A stretch of DNA of 42,967 bases from Gammaproteobacteria bacterium (GCA_013002925.1 JABDLQ010000274.1:1-42967), one strand, 5' to 3'; shown: positions 7,601 to 16,001, counted from the stretch's first letter. Notes: generated from the letters alone by a model not told the origin. Made by a program: numbers and translations.

Positions 7601-10116
7601 GGATCGACACGGGTCCGGATTTTGTCACGACCCAGTTGTCATCCGCATTCAAGGTGCGTGATATTGCCGGTAGCCGTGCTCTGGCAATCACCCGTACGAC
7701 TGGGCTGGATATGCATTCACACTATGTGCTTGACGATTCGGGTAGCTGGCAGGACTATCGATATAGCGGACGGATTCGAATTCAGAACACCGAGGATAAG
7801 GCGGGAGTGACAATTCTGTCGGCGATGCCGGAGTTAGCTGCTTATTACCGTTTAGGTGTGGCAAGTACTGGTGAAAACTTTGTGTTGAGTAATGTTGGCA
7901 CGGGTGTGAACTGTGCAGGTGATCTGGACACTGGCGTACTTGCGAGTGCTGGCAACTGGTATCGTTTCGCCATCGAAGCGCAGACCAGCGAGACTCAAAC
8001 TGATGTACGTGCGCGTGTCTGGATCGATGGTGAAGCCGAGCCAGCAGAATGGCAGGCACAATGCACGGATACGGGCCCGGGTAGACGATTCCATGGGCGC
8101 GTAGGTGTCTGGGTCAGTCTGCAGTCGCCGCTCGCTGGTGGCGCCTGGGATGAATTGCTGGTCACGCCTTTGAGTGGAGCACCGGTATTACCACCACTTC
8201 TGACGTTTTACGCAAACCCGGTGACCGTAAGCAGCCTGGACTTCTCGACACTGACCTGGGAGGCTACTAATGCAGATAGCTGCGTCGCAAGCGGTGCCTG
8301 GGAAGGGGCGCGCAGCGTAAGTGGTAACGAACAAACAGCACCGCTGACGGAAAACAGCACTTTTACTATGCAGTGTAATGGCCCGGGAGGCAGTGCCACG
8401 AGTTCTGTTGTTGTAGCGGTTGGTGATGCGGTACCACCTGAACTTAGTTTTGCTGTAACGCCGGACAGCGTGTTTTCCGGGGACGATGTCACACTAACCT
8501 GGTCGTCGACTTCGACAGCGATATGTACCGCTTCCGGCGACTGGAGTGGCGCACGAAGCACCAGTGGTTCAGAGTCAATTTCCAATGTGATGGACGATAT
8601 GACATTCACCCTGGATTGTGTCGGCGCGGGAGGTAGCGTTTCACAGACAGTCAATCTTCTGCTGGCCGACATCATCCGCGACCCGCAACTTGCGTTCTCA
8701 GTTGACCCGCTGAGACTAGGTGTCGACGGCACCGTGATTCTCAACTGGAGCTCAGAAAACACCACCACATGTGAAGCCAATGGCAGCTGGAGCGGGTCTC
8801 GCCCGGTCAGCGGAGGTGAAGTAGTCGGCCCGATAAGCGCATCGGAGTCTTATGTCCTGATTTGTAGTGGTCGCGGTGGCACGGTCGCAGATGCTATTGC
8901 GGTTTCCTATGTCGATTCGGATAGTGATGCCATGCCAGATATTTGGGAGACTGCCGTTTTTGGAAGTTTGTCCAACAATGGACTGGGCGACACGGATGGT
9001 GATGGACTGCTTGATCAGGAGGAGTATCTGAGCGGCACTGATCCGCGCGATACAGATTCCGATGATGATGGACAGAACGATTTCGATGAACTTCAGTTTG
9101 GCAGTGATCCGCTGGATCCAGGCGATAATTTCGGTGATTCGTCGCCGGCGCAGCCGATTGTCGCTGACTCGGACAACGCCAGTCTCGCGTTACTGGAGAT
9201 TGACGTAATGAACGGATATAGCGACCCGGATGGAAATCCATTGCAATTTTCACACTGGCAGATCAGCTTGAGTGAGAGTTTTGATAGCATGGTGTTCGAC
9301 CGGGAAGTGTCGGGCTCAACGGCGTTGATGATACCGAGTGGGGTGTTGGACCCTGGGGTCACCTATTACATCAGAACGCGTCACGTGGATTCTTCCGATA
9401 CGCCATCCCCGTGGTCGGACGTTGCGACAATGGTTGCTGATACGGCGTACCCAAATGATCTTGATGGCAATGGCATCGATGACGAATTCCAGGTGCCTGG
9501 AAACCCGGACACCAACGGCAATGGAACGCCTGATCAGAGTGAGGGCATCTGCAATCTGTATGATGCGATGGGTGGCAATATCATTGGTATTACCAGCAAC
9601 GTCGGCGTGACTCGTTGCTATACCTCGGTATCAAATGATGTCGTAAGCGGCATTAGTTTACCGGATGGAATGGAATTGCCATTGGGGATGTTCAGTTTCC
9701 GCATCGAAGGTCTGTTTGTCGATGAAGCTTCGCCTGCACAGGTTTTTGTGAGCGTGTGGCTGCCCACGACTTATGATCCTGCCAGTGGTTGGTACAAGTG
9801 GGACGAAACAAGCGGCGAGTTAACCGACTATTCAGACTATGTCACCTACAATGACAATCGTGTGACAATCAGCCTGACCGATGGCGGCCCCGGAGATCAG
9901 GATGGGGTGGTTAACGGTATCATTGTTGATCCTAGTGGCCCTGCGATAGCCGCGGCGCCGCCGCCACCGCCGCCGCCGCCCGCACCGCCGACTACCCCGT
10001 CTGATCCGGATCCGTCGACACCTGTGGCGAGTGACAGTGGGGGAGGCGGCGCTCTGCACTGGGTGACGTTGCTGCTGCTGTATACGCTCGCATTGCGCAG
10101 ACGCCGGCCGCAGTAA
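1687..10116 (+). CDS. Giant secreted multidomain surface protein/adhesin (~2,810 aa): beta-propeller, polysaccharide-lyase-like domain, 17 Ig-like repeats, lectin-like domain, TSP3-like Asp repeats, choice-of-anchor U-like domain, GlyGly-CTERM
   Basis: ORF is open from TTG 1633; ATG 1687 gives a clean signal peptide (MSVYHIARK...HSTFA|D). The C-terminus 'LTDGGPGDQDGVVNGIIVDPSGP', Pro linker, then 'SGGGGALHWVTLLLLYTLALRRRRPQ' matches the rhombosortase GlyGly-CTERM signal. Confidence 0.9.
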   Translation: MSVYHIARKIQWVVLLVLSGAVVHSTFADAIDDLLPGQWYAAPNSKMQSVNPCPTGGCAYTGQTGFRSVQIAWSGAAFDTNSDRLIVWGGGHGDYWGNEVYVFDVNSSQWSRLTEPSTLGPNSQECTGINPDGRPRSRHTYNNLDFSPELNAFISFGNSGTSPANICADRKTWILPLDSATPEWQLGTDNTLSGATGMGATAYDPVRGTFWHQRSDVGGFGMYDPATHTWQNYGSRALAIYATGAIDPLRDQMLVIGGTASQAFVWDLANPNNPPLNLLSNSTFTSTDTDGIAGGRGVGLAYDPVVDAFVVWDGGTTVYTIDPDTWAVSRINADAGNTVNPGTAITAGTYGRFRYVPSRNVYILANGVDKDVFFYRLSDGGGSTAAPVIGMTLTNSNILIGEDADLSWSVAHADSCVASGDWSGSKPVAGSTTFPALTSDQTFTLTCSGAGGTSNKSITVTVSAPPPPPAGTEDWEARSTAPGVLSAIGFDVESEVTNWIHLDSKQDHVVWETANTSSGAGALRFNILKTDGANSGNWRRWLADDEREFVEGDEFYISYRQYIPEYYATHQFLGGGGWKQIIVSRNAGNMNGVNYVGTPTGSNQVNEIVMNNYLYRSLPQGYHRTTNGSYVGFYTGASTACSHTDFRLQNAVDRGPQSIGTACENDRARYGGLFSYGSRTGVPDPLTGAFTFTPDEWHSFKMWIKLGSQGTTTRNTHVKIWAAHDGEDWDLIIDRDDVDLGGGPAHNAYWLLPYDTGKQPDPTREDTYTLYDEVIVSLNDIAAPGATGSGATLPTVDLTASSGSILDGGSVQLNWTSTAADTCTASGGWSGAKATSGTETVGPLSATTSFVLTCTNADGSRSDSLTVTVEAPMPYTILQSKTIHHQDTFELDGATVSDGIFAFVSPGSGLSQVQFFLDDPTASGTPYSVEFVEPFDFAYDPVGGFDTTTIANGSHSLTAKLFLVGGEEQIISVSFTVANEIIVPPPTLSFSASPVAVDFEGFTTLTWSTTSASLCVAGGDWTGSRAVSGSESVGPLTSNKTFFLSCTGPGGSVNQTATVLVASPDAPELTITATPSSVDYNGATTVSWTTTGTESCVASGGWVGVRPVFGSETVGTLQENTDFTLTCTGPGGSVTGTAGVTVAPVPAPTVTLVASPPAVDYNGASTLSWSSTNAESCAASGAWSGARSSLGVLTVGPLEETAEFTLVCTGAGGTGNASVTVTVAAPAPPELSFTVSSSSIAYDGSILAYWTATNATSCTASGDWSGVRGLNGVEALGPLQEDAVYTLTCSGPGGSVSHTQTISVAAPLAPVIGFTTDAASVDYGSGAQLSWDVSNATSCIASGAWSGTRSLTGTEAVGPLLSDSTYTLSCTGLGGTASQTVTVTVNPPVPTVSLTATPLSIPFEGTTTLSWTSEHASECTASGAWSGTLAGSGTQVSASLSTNSTFMITCTGTGGSASDSLTVNVAAPGAPSVGFSASPAAVASGESTTLTWTSSNTTACNAAGDWSGTKAINGSESVGPLTATSTFILTCSGVGGDVTQTITVPILVPEPVVTLTAAPGSVPHNGSTTLTWTSTNANSCEAFGSWSGLQALNGSLTVDNIDSERTYALYCEGSGGTASALVTIAVGAPPVPEISLSTDVVTVMYGDTVTINWAATQATTCEAYGGWSGIKTLIGTEESLPITSDTTYVLVCSGPGGQVDAATVVTVAVEPPNVTLEASPLTVDYDGSTTLTWTATGADSCQAFGSWSGVKVTSGTEVIDNLANTGNFVLLCSGPGGDGDASVSVLVNPAPLPLVSLIAEPAEVSFGGTTTLSWSSRDADTCEAFGGWSGDRDTEGSYVVEDLLATTSFTLLCQGPGGSRVLIANVAVGAPEAPIIEFYVEPDFIAYGGAAILNWTVSQADSCFATGDWSGDKALTGVETISPLYSTANFALTCTGVGGGSSVSVSATVASLADMALQNFEDNELNTDPEGWIDTGPDFVTTQLSSAFKVRDIAGSRALAITRTTGLDMHSHYVLDDSGSWQDYRYSGRIRIQNTEDKAGVTILSAMPELAAYYRLGVASTGENFVLSNVGTGVNCAGDLDTGVLASAGNWYRFAIEAQTSETQTDVRARVWIDGEAEPAEWQAQCTDTGPGRRFHGRVGVWVSLQSPLAGGAWDELLVTPLSGAPVLPPLLTFYANPVTVSSLDFSTLTWEATNADSCVASGAWEGARSVSGNEQTAPLTENSTFTMQCNGPGGSATSSVVVAVGDAVPPELSFAVTPDSVFSGDDVTLTWSSTSTAICTASGDWSGARSTSGSESISNVMDDMTFTLDCVGAGGSVSQTVNLLLADIIRDPQLAFSVDPLRLGVDGTVILNWSSENTTTCEANGSWSGSRPVSGGEVVGPISASESYVLICSGRGGTVADAIAVSYVDSDSDAMPDIWETAVFGSLSNNGLGDTDGDGLLDQEEYLSGTDPRDTDSDDDGQNDFDELQFGSDPLDPGDNFGDSSPAQPIVADSDNASLALLEIDVMNGYSDPDGNPLQFSHWQISLSESFDSMVFDREVSGSTALMIPSGVLDPGVTYYIRTRHVDSSDTPSPWSDVATMVADTAYPNDLDGNGIDDEFQVPGNPDTNGNGTPDQSEGICNLYDAMGGNIIGITSNVGVTRCYTSVSNDVVSGISLPDGMELPLGMFSFRIEGLFVDEASPAQVFVSVWLPTTYDPASGWYKWDETSGELTDYSDYVTYNDNRVTISLTDGGPGDQDGVVNGIIVDPSGPAIAAAPPPPPPPPAPPTTPSDPDPSTPVASDSGGGGALHWVTLLLLYTLALRRRRPQ
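4636..7535 (+). repeat. 12 tandem ~80-82-aa Ig-like repeats inside the giant ORF (5 further copies at ~2842-3075, ~4063-4295 and ~8191-8910)
   Basis: Recurring motif P-x-V/L-x-F/L...L-x-W...C-x-A-S/F-G-x-W-S-G...G...L...F/Y-x-L-x-C-x-G-x-GG...V-x-V, diverged at DNA level. Confidence 0.9.
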
Positions 10117-10127
10117 GGTAACTACAG

Positions 10128-10162
10128 AAAAACCGGTCTCTCTTGATGAGGCCGGTTTTTTT
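10128..10162. terminator. Bidirectional intrinsic terminator
   Basis: AAAAA-CCGGTCTC-tcttgat-GAGGCCGG-TTTTTTT between convergent genes. Confidence 0.9.
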
Positions 10163-10171
10163 ATGCGTCGT

Positions 10172-11410
10172 CTAGACCAGAAATTCCCGTGGCGCCGGAT
10201 GACTCAAAAAGTACTGTGGGCTGGCAGTGTATCCATAGGCACCACTTTGAAACACGACCACAAGATCATCGATGTCCGCCTCCGCAAGTGTCATTTTCGC
10301 GGCGAGCAGGTCCAGAGGCGTGCACAATGGTCCGACTACAGATGCAGTTGCCGTTGACGTCGCCTGCATTTTAGTACCGATGGCAACCGGGTAGTTTTTG
10401 CGCAACACCTGTCCAAAGTTACCGCTCGCGGCCAAATGGTGATGCAAGCCACCATTACAAATCAAAAAAATCTGCCCGCGAGACACTTTTTTGTCGGTGA
10501 TACGGCACACATAGATGCCGGATTCAGCAACAAGGTAACGACCCAGTTCAACCACCAGATCCGCCTGCGGTAATTGTTGCTGCATCGCGGCGCTCAGGGT
10601 GTTCAGACTGGCGCCAATGGGTTCGATATCAAGTGGTGTTTCATTCGGAAAATAAGGCACGCCAAGACCACCACCGATATTCAGCATACGCACGGGTGAG
10701 GGCGCAAACCGGGCAAGGCGCACCGCGAGTTCGCAGGCCTTGTTCTGGCTCTCAATAATTGCATCCGCACGTAAATTCTGGGACCCACTAAAAATATGAA
10801 AACCGTGAAAGTCCAAATGCATATACTGCATGGTGGAGAGAACTGCCGGAACCTGTTCAGCATCAATGCCGAACTGCTGCGGCCCGCCAGCCATTTTCAT
10901 GCCCGAATTCTGCAGTTGAAAATCCGGGTTTACGCGCAGCGCAACTTTTGGGCGAAAGCCCATGTCAGCGGCAAGCCCGTCAATTCGTTCAAGTTCAGTG
11001 GCACTTTCGCAGTTGATTACGATGCCCTTCGTGATGGCCAGCCGCAGTTCGTCGGTTTGCTTGCCTGGTCCGGCAAAACTGATTTCATGGCGCGGTGTTT
11101 GTGTCGCAGCAGCAACCTCCAGTTCGCGCCCTGAGGCGACATCCAGCCCATCCACCAATGACGCCATGTGCGCTACAAGTTCGGGCATCGGATTAGCTTT
11201 GATGGCGAAATGTAATTTAACAGAACGCGGAAAGTGCTCTCTCAGCTGGGCAACTTTTTGCGCCATGATCGAGCGGTCGTATGCATAGAACGCCAGGCCA
11301 TCAGCACGCGTTGCCAGTTCACTCACGGTGTGACCGCCAATGACCAGGTCATTATTCTGCACGTCGAAACACGTGATGGGGCTATGGCGGTCAAATTCAA
11401 TGGTGCTCAT
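10172..11410 (-). CDS. Pyridoxal-dependent decarboxylase, exosortase A system-associated (LysA-like fold)
   Basis: PLP lysine in 'FAIKANP', plus 'HIFSGSQ', 'NIGGGLG', 'ELGRYLV', 'GPLCTPLD' and 'GAYG'. 'GGLHHHLAASGNFGQVLRKNYP' is characteristic of this subfamily. 4-bp overlap with the ligase gene. Confidence 0.9.
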   Translation of the reverse strand: MSTIEFDRHSPITCFDVQNNDLVIGGHTVSELATRADGLAFYAYDRSIMAQKVAQLREHFPRSVKLHFAIKANPMPELVAHMASLVDGLDVASGRELEVAAATQTPRHEISFAGPGKQTDELRLAITKGIVINCESATELERIDGLAADMGFRPKVALRVNPDFQLQNSGMKMAGGPQQFGIDAEQVPAVLSTMQYMHLDFHGFHIFSGSQNLRADAIIESQNKACELAVRLARFAPSPVRMLNIGGGLGVPYFPNETPLDIEPIGASLNTLSAAMQQQLPQADLVVELGRYLVAESGIYVCRITDKKVSRGQIFLICNGGLHHHLAASGNFGQVLRKNYPVAIGTKMQATSTATASVVGPLCTPLDLLAAKMTLAEADIDDLVVVFQSGAYGYTASPQYFLSHPAPREFLV

Positions 11411-12987
11411 TGCTGCAATCCTTTCAGCAATGCAGGTAATTCCTGTGCGAGCCCGGCGCGATCAATTTTGCCATTGGCGTTGCGTGGCATATCGGCCACC
11501 CAGATGATGTGCTTTGGCAGCATGAAATTGGCCAGTTCCTGGCGGCACGCCAATGACAATGCGGCCGTATCCTGCTCTGAGTCGTGCGTCGCGACCACGA
11601 TCGCTACAATGGCTTCTCCAAGGTCTTTGTCAGCAGTGCCAAGGGCGACAGCCTCGCTGACCATGCCGGTCGCAAACAGAGCTTCTTCGACTTCGTTCGG
11701 GCTGACCCGATATCCGCTCGTCTTGATCATTTCGTCGCGGCGACCGACAAAGTAAAGATAACCATCTTCGTCACAGCGCACCCGGTCTCCCGACCACACG
11801 GCAATTTCTTCCATTACCAGTTCCTTCTGATGATGCGGAGCGGGTTTGAAGCGCGCCGCCGTTTTCTCCGGATTATTCCAGTATCCCAAAGATACCAGGG
11901 AACCGCGATGGACGAGTTCCCCGATTTCATCTGGCGCACAAATTCCGCCATCGTCGTTGACCACCATAATCTCGGCATTGGGAATTGCTTTGCCCATGGA
12001 ACCGTGACGTTTATCCAGCTCTGCAGGTGGGAGCCAGGTTGACCGGAATGCCTCTGTTAATCCATACATCAATACCGGGTCCGTTTTTGGTAGTGCGGTA
12101 CGCAGGGATTCAAGTGTCACTTGTGGCATCGCTCCCCCGGAATTTGTCCAGTATCTCAGATGGTCGGTTGCCGTTTCAGGCCAGGGCAGCCCCGCCAGCT
12201 GATTCCACAACGGAGGGACGCCGGCAAGCCCGGTAATTTCTTCCTGGCACACTTTACGAATGACATCGCGGGGCAGAAGATATTCCATCAACACGACGCT
12301 GGCGCCACGGCAAAACGCAGTAGTGAGCTGACTGAACCCGTAATCAAAGCTGAACGGCAATACGGCCAGGAGTTTATCGGACGCCGTGTTTTCCAGGTAC
12401 TCGGACACGCTAAATGCCCCGGTCACCATATTCTTGTGACTGAGAACCACGCCCTTCGGCTTGCCGGTGCTACCTGATGTATAGAGTATGGAAGCGACAT
12501 CGGCATCGATAATGCGCCACATATCTACCGATGGCGCCGCCAGTAAGTCGTCCCAGGAAATCACCTGTTTGCTTGACGATAGCTCTTGTAATTCGTCCAC
12601 CAGCACAATCGCTTCGAGCGCAGGACAGTCGGCAATTACTGTCTCCAGGCTCTGCGCGCGCTGCCGTGAAGTGACCAGAATCCGCACGTCACAATCTGTC
12701 AGAATGTGCTGCACCTGGGCAGGTTTGAGCAAAGGGTTTACCGGAACGAATACACCACCGGCATGCGCGGTTGCAAAAATGCTGACCACCGTTTCGATTT
12801 GTTTGGGCAGGTAGATGCCGATACGGTCCCCTTTACGCATTCCGGCGGCAATAAAGCCGTTGGCCGCCGCGCGCATTAGCTCCGTCAACTGGCCATAATC
12901 CAGCCGCCGTGAGCGATCAATCAATGCCGGCGCCGAATCGCCAGTTTTGCCGCCATGAGTGATGAGTTGTGACAGACACAGAGTCAA
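11407..12987 (-). CDS. Acyl-CoA ligase (AMP-forming), exosortase A system-associated
   Basis: AMP-binding motifs 'ILYTSGSTGKPKGV', 'MYGLTEAFRST', 'SGD...FVGRRDEMIKTSGYRVSP' and 'PRNANGKIDR'; coupled to the decarboxylase. Confidence 0.9.
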   Translation of the reverse strand: MTLCLSQLITHGGKTGDSAPALIDRSRRLDYGQLTELMRAAANGFIAAGMRKGDRIGIYLPKQIETVVSIFATAHAGGVFVPVNPLLKPAQVQHILTDCDVRILVTSRQRAQSLETVIADCPALEAIVLVDELQELSSSKQVISWDDLLAAPSVDMWRIIDADVASILYTSGSTGKPKGVVLSHKNMVTGAFSVSEYLENTASDKLLAVLPFSFDYGFSQLTTAFCRGASVVLMEYLLPRDVIRKVCQEEITGLAGVPPLWNQLAGLPWPETATDHLRYWTNSGGAMPQVTLESLRTALPKTDPVLMYGLTEAFRSTWLPPAELDKRHGSMGKAIPNAEIMVVNDDGGICAPDEIGELVHRGSLVSLGYWNNPEKTAARFKPAPHHQKELVMEEIAVWSGDRVRCDEDGYLYFVGRRDEMIKTSGYRVSPNEVEEALFATGMVSEAVALGTADKDLGEAIVAIVVATHDSEQDTAALSLACRQELANFMLPKHIIWVADMPRNANGKIDRAGLAQELPALLKGLQQ

Positions 12988-13106
12988 GCGGGTTCTCCAG
13001 AAAACAGGTCGCGCTATTGTACCTCAGCACTGTGGATTTTGGTCTTTTGTTGCAATAAACAGGTATAGTCAACATATAACAACAATGACGAGAACGAGAG
13101 GACAAA

Positions 13107-14306
13107 GTGACGGTAACAACTGCTGATTTCGTAATCATTGGCGGTGGTATCGCCGGTATTACAATCGCACTGGAAATTCGCCGGCGTCAGCCGCGCGCTT
13201 CGATCATGGTCTTTGAAAAAGATGCGCGTTGCGGGTTGCACGCCAGTGGTCGCAATAGCGGTGTGCTGCATGCCGGCTTTTATTACACCGCAGATAGTCT
13301 CAAGGCACGTTTTACCCGCGATGGTAGCCGGCAGATGGCGGCCTACTGTGAGGCAAGGGGCCTGTCGCTAAACCGGTGCGGAAAATTGGTGGTTGCCCGG
13401 CAAGAAAAAGATATTGCCGTATTTGACACACTCCTGGAGCGGGCCGGCGCTAACGGAGTCCGTCTTGAGCGCCTTGCGCTGGACGATGCACGCCGTATCG
13501 AGCCGCGTGTGAAATCCAAAGGAGATGTGCTGTTTTCACCGGACACGATGTCTGTCGATCCGCAGGAAGTCATGCGGTCACTCATTGAAGATGCCAGGCA
13601 TACAGGAATCTCGATCCGTACGGGACAGAGCTTCATGGGACGTGACGGCGAAACTTTGAGAATCGGGCAGGACCGGGTGCAGGCGGGCTTCGTCATCAAT
13701 GCGGCCGGGCTCTATGCCGATCAGATAGCCAAAGCGTTCGGGTTTTGTCAGAACTACACCATCATGCCTTTTAAGGGGCTCTATCTGTTCGGTCGGCATC
13801 CCGGGTCGGTCGCCACAAATATTTATCCGGTTCCCGATATTGCGAATCCGTTTCTCGGCGTTCACTACACCGTTAGTGCAAACGGGCGAATCAGTATCGG
13901 GCCTACGGCGATACCCGCTTTCTGGCGGGAGCACTATCGTGGATTCTCCGGTTTTTCGCTGAGAGAGCTGTTGGCTATAACCTCCAGGCAACTTGGTTTG
14001 CTGGTGCGTAACGATTTCGGGTTTCGCGGACTGGCATGGCAGGAAATTCCCAAGTATCTGAAATCGACCATGATTAAGCTGGCCGGTGAGCTCGCCGAAA
14101 ACCCTGAACAGGATGAGTTTGATCAGTGGGGACCGGCCGGGATCCGGGCACAATTGGTTAATATCAGGGACCACTCACTGGAAATGGATTTTGTCTGGGA
14201 AGGCGATGAGCATTCCTTTCACGTGTTAAACGCTGTTTCTCCGGCGTTTACCTGTTCACTGGCCCTGTCAGAATACTTTGTCGATCAGTTTGAAGTGACG
14301 CTTTGA
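13107..14306 (+). CDS. lhgO: FAD-dependent oxidoreductase, L-2-hydroxyglutarate oxidase (LhgO) family
   Basis: 'IIGGGIAG', 'HASGRNSGVLHAGFYY', 'INAAGLYAD', 'PFLGVH', 'GIRAQL' and 'LNAVSPAFTCS'. Confidence 0.8.
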   Translation: MTVTTADFVIIGGGIAGITIALEIRRRQPRASIMVFEKDARCGLHASGRNSGVLHAGFYYTADSLKARFTRDGSRQMAAYCEARGLSLNRCGKLVVARQEKDIAVFDTLLERAGANGVRLERLALDDARRIEPRVKSKGDVLFSPDTMSVDPQEVMRSLIEDARHTGISIRTGQSFMGRDGETLRIGQDRVQAGFVINAAGLYADQIAKAFGFCQNYTIMPFKGLYLFGRHPGSVATNIYPVPDIANPFLGVHYTVSANGRISIGPTAIPAFWREHYRGFSGFSLRELLAITSRQLGLLVRNDFGFRGLAWQEIPKYLKSTMIKLAGELAENPEQDEFDQWGPAGIRAQLVNIRDHSLEMDFVWEGDEHSFHVLNAVSPAFTCSLALSEYFVDQFEVTL

Positions 14307-14558
14307 TAAGCAATTTTGGCACAATTTATTTTTGCGGGTAGCACGGGTTGAGTAAGCTAACGTTACACAGGATGCACTTATTCGCCCACGAGTCGCTACT
14401 TTCGCTTGGTAGACTGGGTAGTGGTCAGCTATTTGGGTCATCCGGCAGAAAATTCCTGAAAGTGGACAGAAGTCCGTGCCTGTCAGTACATTTTGTCGTA
14501 TAAATTCAAATAAATCAGGTGCCGATGGCGTTGGAGCCGCACTGAAGAGGAAGGGTGT

Positions 14559-15338
14559 ATGAAAGTCGTATTGTTTTGTGGTGGCATGGGTACCCGATTG
14601 CGCGAGCAGTCAGGGACGATCCCCAAACCGCTGGTGCCGGTGGGTGAGCGACCGATTATGTGGCACATGATGAAATTCTATGCGCATCATGGACACACTG
14701 ATTTCATTCTGTGCCTCGGTTACAAAGGCGAAATGATCAAAGAGTATTTTTTGGACTATAAAGCCTATCGCGGTGCGGAGTTTGTTACCAAAAACAAAGG
14801 CAAGGTGACAGTACCCAACGACAGTGATGTGGACGACTGGAACATCACTTTCGTGCAAACCGGGTTGCATTCCAATATCGGGCAGCGCCTGTTGGCGGTG
14901 AAGCACCTGCTGAAAGATGAAGAAATTTTTATGGCAAACTACAGCGACCAGTTAAGTGATGTGGATTTGTCTGAATACCTGCGACTGTTTGAGCAACGCA
15001 AAGATGCGGTTGCGGGAATTGTCGGTGTGCGACCATCCCAGTCGTTTCATAATGTGCGTATCAATGACAGTGGCAATGTTACGAAGATCGAACCTGTGGC
15101 CGTTTCCGACTTCTGGATAAATGGTGGGTATATTGTAATGCGCAATGAAATTTTTGACTACATAAAGGACGGGGAAGAACTGGTCGAGGAGCCGTTTCAG
15201 CGGCTGATCAGCGAAAAACGGCTATTCGCGTACAAATATAAAGGCTTTTGGGCGGCGATGGATACTTTTAAGGACAAAATTACTTTTGACCGCATGGATG
15301 GGCAGGGCGACCGTCCGTGGCAGGTTTGGGATAAGTAA
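14559..15338 (+). CDS. Glucose-1-phosphate cytidylyltransferase (RfbF-like)
   Basis: 'LFCGGMGTRLRE...PKPLV', 'FILCLGYKG', 'WINGGY', 'GFWAAMDTFKDK' and C-terminal 'PWQVW'. Confidence 0.88.
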   Translation: MKVVLFCGGMGTRLREQSGTIPKPLVPVGERPIMWHMMKFYAHHGHTDFILCLGYKGEMIKEYFLDYKAYRGAEFVTKNKGKVTVPNDSDVDDWNITFVQTGLHSNIGQRLLAVKHLLKDEEIFMANYSDQLSDVDLSEYLRLFEQRKDAVAGIVGVRPSQSFHNVRINDSGNVTKIEPVAVSDFWINGGYIVMRNEIFDYIKDGEELVEEPFQRLISEKRLFAYKYKGFWAAMDTFKDKITFDRMDGQGDRPWQVWDK

Positions 15339-15341
15339 ACG

Positions 15342-16001
15342 ATGGAATCATTTGTAGAAATTGATCAGCGGATGCGTGCCGGTGGTGGCCATATTTTATG
15401 CCTGGGCGCACACTGTGACGATATTGATATCGGGGCAGGAGGAACCCTGATTAAATGGCTGGCACAGTGGCCACAGACGCGTGTCACGTGGGTTGCGTTG
15501 TCGAGCGATAGTCGCCGCGCTGCTGAATTACGCGCTTCGGCACAGTTATTTTTGGCAGGCGCAGCAGAATACGATGTCTTGTGCGCTGAATTCAAAAATG
15601 GCTTTTTTCCGTTCCACGGTGACCCCATCAAGGAATATTTTGAAGCATTAAAAGAGTTGCCCAACCCGGATATTGTTTTTACTCACCAGCGCGATGATCG
15701 TCATCAGGATCATCGCCTGGTCAGCGAGCTGACCTGGAATACGTTTCGAAATCATATGGTGCTGGAATATGAGATTCCAAAATATGATGGTGAATTGGTG
15801 CAACCGAACACGTTCGTGGAAATCGAGGAAGAAATAATCGATCGCAAATCACGAATTCTGACCGAGTGTTATCCCAGTCAACAAGATAAACAGTGGTTTG
15901 ATCGTGACCTGTTTCGTGGCATCGCAAGGCTACGAGGCGTGGAATGCGCCAGTTCAACGCGCTTTGCCGAGGCGTTCAGCGGGCGTAAGCTGGTGCTATA
16001 A
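15342..16001 (+). CDS. PIG-L/LmbE family deacetylase
   Basis: 'GAHCDDIDIG' and 'DRHQDH' metal motifs; C-terminal 'FAEAF'. Confidence 0.88.
   Translation: MESFVEIDQRMRAGGGHILCLGAHCDDIDIGAGGTLIKWLAQWPQTRVTWVALSSDSRRAAELRASAQLFLAGAAEYDVLCAEFKNGFFPFHGDPIKEYFEALKELPNPDIVFTHQRDDRHQDHRLVSELTWNTFRNHMVLEYEIPKYDGELVQPNTFVEIEEEIIDRKSRILTECYPSQQDKQWFDRDLFRGIARLRGVECASSTRFAEAFSGRKLVL

Noticed and set aside
9958-9990. CCG-rich repeat
   Set aside because: Encodes the ordinary poly-Pro linker before the sorting signal and is interrupted by synonymous codons.
1070-10170. Adhesin unit as a mobile element or island
   Set aside because: No integrase, transposase, terminal repeats or target duplication seen; only the AT-rich promoter region differs in composition.
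14317-14335. Possible sigma54 promoter TGGCAC...TTGC upstream of the RfbF-like gene
   Set aside because: TTGC is 4 bp too far from TGGCAC, and -24/-12 spacing is strict.
14334-14425. Three GGTAG motifs resembling ops/JUMPstart ahead of polysaccharide genes
   Set aside because: None matches GGCGGTAGnnTG and the spacing is not JUMPstart-like.
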